DNA of 64,000 bases from Octopus vulgaris (taxonomy: Eukaryota): the NCBI GenBank assembly GCA_951406725.2, contig OX597831.1, positions 78,740,001 to 78,804,000 of the forward strand. The letters run 5' to 3'. The notes under the pieces were generated by a model that searched no databases, was not told the DNA's origin, and saw nothing but the letters and a program-made list of their open reading frames with translations. Shown here one piece after another: positions 56,795 through 64,000 of the stretch. The first letter of the stretch is position 1, and each line of letters begins with the position of its first letter. A program made the translations under genes and the position numbers.

Positions 56795-56983
56795 TCGGTA
56801 GCCACTACACACATTCTTTTCTCTCCTTGTTTCTCTCCTTGATTTTTTCTGTGTCCCTTTCTGTAGAAGAGCGTAGGCTCGAAACGTAAAAGACTTTTTC
56901 TATTCCTGAGCGTTATACTAATACATCTGTTTGTTGTCTACACCACCTGTCTTCGTCTTTTGTTTTTTTCTCGTAAACTCTCC

Positions 56984-56985
<2 letters not shown>
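56795..56985 (+). mobile_element. Penelope-like pLTR-type repeat family 2. Other copies at 3760-3950 (-), 21143-21333 (-) and 45460-45550 (partial).
   Basis: HHR-like CUUU CUGUAGA A GAGC-GUAG-GCUC GAAAC GUA AAAG at 56857-56892. It shares CCTGAGCG..TAATAC with family 1 and abuts (TA)n. Confidence 0.65.
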
Positions 56986-57079
<94 letters not shown>

Positions 57080-57085
57080 TATATC

Positions 57086-57131
<46 letters not shown>

Positions 57132-57229
57132 TATACATATGTATGTATTTATAAACGCGTGTATACGTAGAAACCTGCACAATAAAACCAATAAAGTGGA
57201 GATATTTGATAGGTGACCGGCGACTGTTG

Positions 57230-57286
<57 letters not shown>

Positions 57287-58667
57287 CTGCTACAACTATT
57301 GATGTCGATATCCTCATTATGTTTATTATAATATCATTATTACTACTTTATTACTATTATTATTATTATTGAAACGGAAATTATAATATCGGTCAATGAA
57401 CGGCAGTTTGAAACCTGCCCCCCCACCAAACATAGTCTAATCGCTTTGCTTTGATCATTTCCTCAATCGGGATACAGCACGCCCCCACTTGCACCTCCAC
57501 TACCTCCAACTATAACACCACCACTACGACCCACCACCACCAACACCACCGGCACCAACTCCAACAACACCACCACCATCACATTGCTTATCAATTATTT
57601 TAAACTCTTCCAGCATGACCACCACCACTAGTATCACCGGCAACAAGTATAACAAGACGAAGAAAAAGAAGGGATTGCAGGACGAAGAGAAAGATGGAGA
57701 AGATGAGGAAGGCGGAGAGGAGGAGAACGAAGAAGACGGAGAGGAGGAAAGGAGGAGGGGAGGAGGGAGAAGAGAAGGAAGGAGGAGTAGAAGACGGAAG
57801 AGGAGGACGACGAGGACGACGACGAAAAGAAGAAAAAGAAGAAAAAGAAAGGGAAGAAGATGATGATGATGATGATGAAGAAGAAAAAGAGGACGAGTTT
57901 GAATAGGAAGAGAAAAAGAGGAAGGAGGAGGAAGAGGAAAAGGGAAGTAGAGGAGGAGAGGGCGGCGGCGGTGAGAAATATGATTAAGATTTCTGCATAA
58001 GAGCGAAAGCGACGAGAACATCAATATGAGCAACATTCCGAACAGCAATAACAACGGCAGCAACGACTAGGGCGACGACGACGACGACGACAATAGCAAA
58101 AACAACAACAACAACAACAACAACTGCAGGCCAAGAGCAAGAAGAACAGAATGACATACAGGATAAAGAAGAGCAACAGCGTCGTCAACAACGACAACAA
58201 CATCCATCACAGCAACAGCAACAACAACAGCAACAATAACAACAAAATGACTTACAGGATAGAGAAGAGCAACAACAACAACAACACCCATGCATACCAG
58301 CCTCCCCTCTCCACGCCACCGATGTTATCCAAGGGAAAGGCAAAGGGGCCGATACAGCTTAGCACCTGTGACGTCACAAATCATTTCTACAGCTGAGTGA
58401 ACTGGAGCAACGTGAAATAAAGTGTCTTGCTCAAGAACACAACACGCAGCCCGGTCCGGGATTCGAACTCACAACTTCACGATCGTAAGCTCGACGCTCT
58501 AACCACTGAGCCATATACAACATATCAAAATGACCTACACGTGTTTCTGATGTTGTGGAAGAGGACTAAAGTGAAGAGAAGGAAAGTAAGGAAGAGAGAG
58601 AAAAAAAAAGAAAGAATAGAAAAGGGGAGGCATCCGACAGACAAAGGGGCATAACTATACATGTATG

Positions 58668-58703
<36 letters not shown>

Positions 58704-58972
58704 CATGAATGAATGCATGCATGTATGTAAGTAAGAATTAAAATTTTGGTGTAGACAATGCGATACTAATAGACTGGTGTAAGAAATTCACAATAAATGG
58801 GATTCAGATAAAAAGTGTTGGTCAAGTACAGACCATGATAAGAATGACAAGCTATAAGGTGATGCACAAGCACTCAGCTGTGAAGTAACTTGCATCTGAT
58901 TGCGGAAACAGCTGTTAGCTAATGAGTTTCATTAGATAATTTCTTGTACGATTGTCATTTATTGAATTTCTT

Positions 58973-59031
<59 letters not shown>

Positions 59032-59076
59032 CAATAGTAAATCTCTGAACGAGGTATAGACAGTAACTGCACGACA

Positions 59077-59324
59077 ATGTAAGGTATACTAGCCATCTCA
59101 ATATGGCTAACCACTAAGGATGGGTGTTACTGTAGCTTGTAGCCCCAGGAGATCATCGTCTTCAGCTGGCTTTAGGCACACTTTCTGTGCTCTTATTGCA
59201 AATACCATTAGGGCACAGAAAGAGTGCCTAAAGCCAGCTGAAGACGATGATCTCCTGGGGCTACAAGCTACAGTAACACCCATCCTTAGTGGTTAGCCAT
59301 ATTGAGATGTCTAGTATACCTAAC

Positions 59325-59327
<3 letters not shown>
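59077..59327. repeat. Foldback element, near-perfect arms of about 115 bp
   Basis: Arms AGGTATACTAGCCATCTC..TCTGTGC / GCACAGA..GAGATGTCTAGTATACCT. Confidence 0.9.
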
Positions 59328-59404
<77 letters not shown>

Positions 59405-59605
59405 GATATATATACATACATACATACATACATATATATATACTTTGCTAGAATCTAGCAAAAACTGTCCGACGAACGGCAACGTAAAACTCAGAGTAAC
59501 AGGTTTTGTTGAATTTTCTGCTGCTTTAAATAAAGCATATTACTCTACCACTGGTATTTGAGTACTCTTTTTTTCCACCTTGTTTCATATTTATATGTTT
59601 ACTCC

Positions 59606-59714
<109 letters not shown>

Positions 59715-60003
59715 ATATATATATATGCATGCATATATAAATATATGTATGTGTATGTATATATATATGTATGTATATGTATATATATATATGTATATGT
59801 ATATGTACATATGTTGTTTGTGTGTGTGTGTGTACGTGTACATATGTATATGTATGTGTGCATTTAAATTCATACATGACTGCACACACAAACACACACT
59901 CACAATCCATCCATTCGTCCATCCATACACGCACACGCACATACATAAGTACATATGTATATACGTACATGCATACATACGTATATCCATATATATATAT
60001 ACA

Positions 60004-60060
<57 letters not shown>

Positions 60061-60467
60061 TTATCTGTTGGAGAGGATTTGCCTTAATCACATTATTATA
60101 AACAATAAAGTATATTATAATAATTCACTCTGGAATAAGTCTTGTGCATATTTTGAAAGTTTATTGCCTTCTAAATTAGTTAACTCTAATTAATTTTCTA
60201 ATTTCATAATTCTTCACTAATTATGTAACAATTTGTCTCACATGACCAAAATATTTGAAGAATTTTTTTTCAGATTTATTCCCAGTTTTCTCGTTTTTCT
60301 TCTAAATTTTACTTTATCCCTACTTCAAATTTTCTTCTTGTTCTTCTTATTCTTGTCTTTCTTTTTCCGATTCTCCTCCATCTTCTTTTCCAATTCTCCT
60401 CCTCCTTCTCCTCTTCCTCTTCCTCGTCCTCCGTTTCTATATGTTGTTGTTGTTATTGCTATTATTA

Positions 60468-60845
60468 AGGCGGTGAGCTGGCACAAACGTTAGCACGGCG
60501 GGCAAAATGTTGCCGCGTTCTAAGTTCAAATTCCGCCGAAGTCGACTTTGCCTTTCATACTTTCGGGGTCGATTCAATAAGAACCAGTTACGCACTGGGG
60601 TCGATATAATCGACTTAATCCATTTGTCTGTCCTTGCTTGTCCTCTCTGTGTTTAGCTTCTTGTGGGTAATAAACAAATAGGTATTTCGTCTGTCTTTAC
60701 GTTCTGAGTTCAAGTTCCACCGAGGTCGACTTTACCTTTCATCCTTTCGGAGTTGATAAATTAAGTACCAGTTGCGTACTAGTCTCGATCTAATCGACTG
60801 GCCAACTCTCACCAAATTTCAGGCTTTGTGCCTATAGTAGAAATT
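60468..60845 (+). mobile_element. SINE C dimer with two different tails. Other SINE C copies at about 16770-16930, 27213-27345, 61715-61860 and 63600-63800.
   Basis: Head GGCGGTGAGCTGGCA and the core twice. Tail 1 is Tx1-like; tail 2 is CAAATTTCAGGCTTTGTGCCTATAGTAGAAA. Confidence 0.85.
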
Positions 60846-60846
60846 A

Positions 60847-60915
<69 letters not shown>

Positions 60916-61264
60916 GTATATATAGTAAATCACGATATATATATGACCGCGTGTGTATCGTTGGTGATTTTTTTCCCCTGTCTTCCCTTCCTTGGATCTT
61001 TCCTTTTCCTATGTTTCTGACGAAGAGCTCCGCTCGAAACTTTAAATCCTCCTTCTTTCTTTCCTTTCCTGAGCGTCCAATAATACTATACTTGTCCCAC
61101 GTCCTCGCGTTGTTATATTATCTATTTGTGTTTTCATGTTTGGATTAACTGTATATATATTTATACACACATATAAATACATATATATGTGTGTTTGTGT
61201 ATATATATATACATATGTATGTGCGTGTGTGGGTGTTTTATCAGTCAGTGTTCGAGGTGAGACA

Positions 61265-61297
<33 letters not shown>

Positions 61298-61404
61298 GAT
61301 GACGACGACATTTTGTTGTATACGTCAAATATGGAATGATTTGATGGAAAATCTCCCAGTCCCCTACATCGTCCACCCTGCCACTACTACTGCTGCTGCA
61401 GCTG

Positions 61405-61444
<40 letters not shown>

Positions 61445-61710
61445 GATGACGACGACATTTTGTTGTATACGTCAAATATGGAATGATTTGATGGAAAATC
61501 TCCCAGTCCCCTACATCGTCCACCCTGCCACTACTACTGCTGCTGCAGCTGCTACTACTACTACTGCTACTACTACTACTGCTATGACGTCAACAACGAG
61601 CATGGCGGCGATAATATTTTGTGTACACCAGATCGAATATGATTTGAAGGAAGTTCTCCTCCTCTTCCCCTCCATCACTCCTTCTCCTCCTGCTACAACT
61701 ACTTCTACTT
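61265..61710 (+). repeat. Tandem duplication of a unit of about 147 bp, plus a diverged third unit
   Basis: GACGACATTTTGTTGTATACGTCAAATATGGAATG..CCACCCTGCC occurs twice identically. Confidence 0.9.
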
Positions 61711-61909
61711 AATCGGATGAGAGGGTAATGTCAAGTACATCGACCCCAGTGTTTAACTGGTACTTTTTTTGTCCATCCCGAAAGGATTAAACATCGACCT
61801 CAGCGGAATTTCAACTCTGAACGTAAAGACGGACGAAATGCTGGTAAGCAGCTTGTCCGGTATCCAAAAATAATAATAATAATAATAGTATTATTATTAT
61901 TATTATTAT

Positions 61910-61983
<74 letters not shown>

Positions 61984-61993
61984 GTAGTAGTAA

Positions 61994-62031
<38 letters not shown>

Positions 62032-62193
62032 ATAGTAGTAGTAGTAATGGGTTGGTAGTAGTAGTATTAGTAGAGGTAGTGGTGGTGATGGTAGTAGTAG
62101 CAGCAATAGCAAACAGTAGCAGCTGTAACAATAATACTACTACTAGTAGTAGTAATAGTAACAGTAGCAAAACAGCGGCAGCATATAATACTG

Positions 62194-62234
<41 letters not shown>

Positions 62235-62771
62235 TGTTGTTGTTGTTGCTGCTGTAGTAGTAATAGCAAAAACAAACAAAAAAGTAATAAAATTGTAAAA
62301 CCACAAATATAATTTAATCATCGTAAACAAAACCAAACAAAAAAAAAGACAGAAGAAAAAAGAAAAGCAAAAAAATATGGTGAAACGATTTATTAATTTG
62401 AAATATTGGTCGTCCACCGATTGGCATCTGAAGAGTTTTTGGTCTCTCTTCGACGTTTTATGTTGGAATTGGCATCAAGTAGAGATAGTCGGAAATCAAG
62501 TGGCAGAAAATGAGATTCGGTAAATGGAGAAGAATTTCTTTAAACGTTTGCACCTTAAAAAGCACACAAGTCTTTACACGCGCGCGCACACATATACATT
62601 CACACACAGACCTCCCCCCATATATATATATATATATATATATACGAAAAGATACACACACATACACACACGCATACTCACAGACACTAACACACTCACA
62701 AGGCCAGACGGAATTACTTTTTCCTCCACACATCTATCTATGTATCTATATCTCCCTTTATATAAGTGTGT

Positions 62772-62817
<46 letters not shown>

Positions 62818-63426
62818 TCTTTCTCTGTATATAAACAGAGAGAGAAAGAGAGGGAGGGATGTAGTGATGCAGATAAACACAATTAAGGTTGACTCAAATA
62901 TACAAATTCATATGTATATATGTGCGATATATATATATATATATATGCGTGTGTGTGTATATATGTATATATGCGTATCTGTGTGTATATATATATATAT
63001 ATATATATACATGCATAGATACATACTTACATACATACATATATACATACATATATATACAATATGCATACATAAACCACAGAAATACAGAATACTAAGA
63101 GAATAGATAATTTCTTAACACGACAGCTGTACCAGGAAGGTCAGCCTTACGTAATAATCGTAATATTCATAATTTTCAGATGCGGTATGTAAGGCATCTT
63201 GGGTATGCAGCCAGTAAGCAGTCGCATAGGGATATTAAATGTCCAGTTTCCTTTCGTCAAAGGAAAGTTAGCAAAAGCATGTGATACAATAGTACCAGAT
63301 ATTTAAATATTAAAGGGGAACAAAAGGACAAGAAGAACAAGAGGCAGTGAGGGGGAGGTGATGTGAATTTTGTTTGTATTTCTCAACAGCAACAACAACA
63401 ATAATAATAATAATAATAGTAATAAT

Positions 63427-63496
<70 letters not shown>

Positions 63497-63538
63497 GTAG
63501 TAGTAATAATAATAATAATAACCACAACAACAACAATA

Positions 63539-63603
<65 letters not shown>

Positions 63604-64000
63604 CCTTTCTACTAAAGGCACAAGGCCTGCAATTTTGTGGGAGTGGGCTAGATGACTACATCGACCCTGTTTTTCAACCCCCAAAGATCCAAAGAAGACA
63701 GATTCGACCCCAGTGGAAGTTGAACTCAGAAGGTAAACACGGACAAAACACCACTAAGTATTTCGTCCGGTGTCCTAACGATTCTACCACCACACCGCCT
63801 TAACTAGTTTCACACTTTTTGCAAAAGGCAAAGGAGACGAAGAAGTAAAGGAAGAAGAAGAAGAAGAAGAAGAAGAAGAAGAAGAAGAAGAAGAAGAAGA
63901 AGAAGAAGAAGAAGAAGAAGAAGAAGAAGAAGAAGAAGAAGAAGAAGAAGAAGAAAGCGAAGTAAACGATGAAGAATAAAAAGCGGATGAAGCGGAAGTG

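Noticed and set aside
61265-61710. CRISPR-like or repeat-protein array
   Set aside because: A simple tandem duplication with identical units and no unique spacers, in a eukaryotic context.

Overview
Eukaryotic, AT-rich, microsatellite-saturated non-coding DNA, very probably an octopus (coleoid cephalopod) intron or gene desert, judged from the SINE families and the (TA)n/(GATA)n/(CATA)n load. I found no host protein-coding gene; nearly all listed ORFs are translated microsatellites. The real coding remnants are all transposable elements: two 5'-truncated CR1/L2-group LINEs facing tail-to-tail across a 100-N gap, Tx1/L1-clade LINE copies, an R4/Dong-like restriction-like-endonuclease LINE end, an RTE-like end, and several decayed Tc1/mariner transposases. 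Non-autonomous Helitron, hAT and piggyBac-like elements and at least five tRNA-derived SINE families are also present. The most notable signal is more than 15 type-I hammerhead ribozyme (HHR) motifs or decayed motifs, carried by several families of short Penelope-like (pLTR/retrozyme-like) repeats that sit in (TA)n tracts, often as inverted or foldback pairs. They include one complete HHR inside a perfect 61-bp-arm palindrome and one family with an atypical CUGU core. Also visible are apparent microsatellite niche partitioning (Tx1 copies in (GATA)n), SINE/LINE tail sharing with a compensated hairpin, and chimeric SINEs. Everything was read by eye, so repeat boundaries are approximate.
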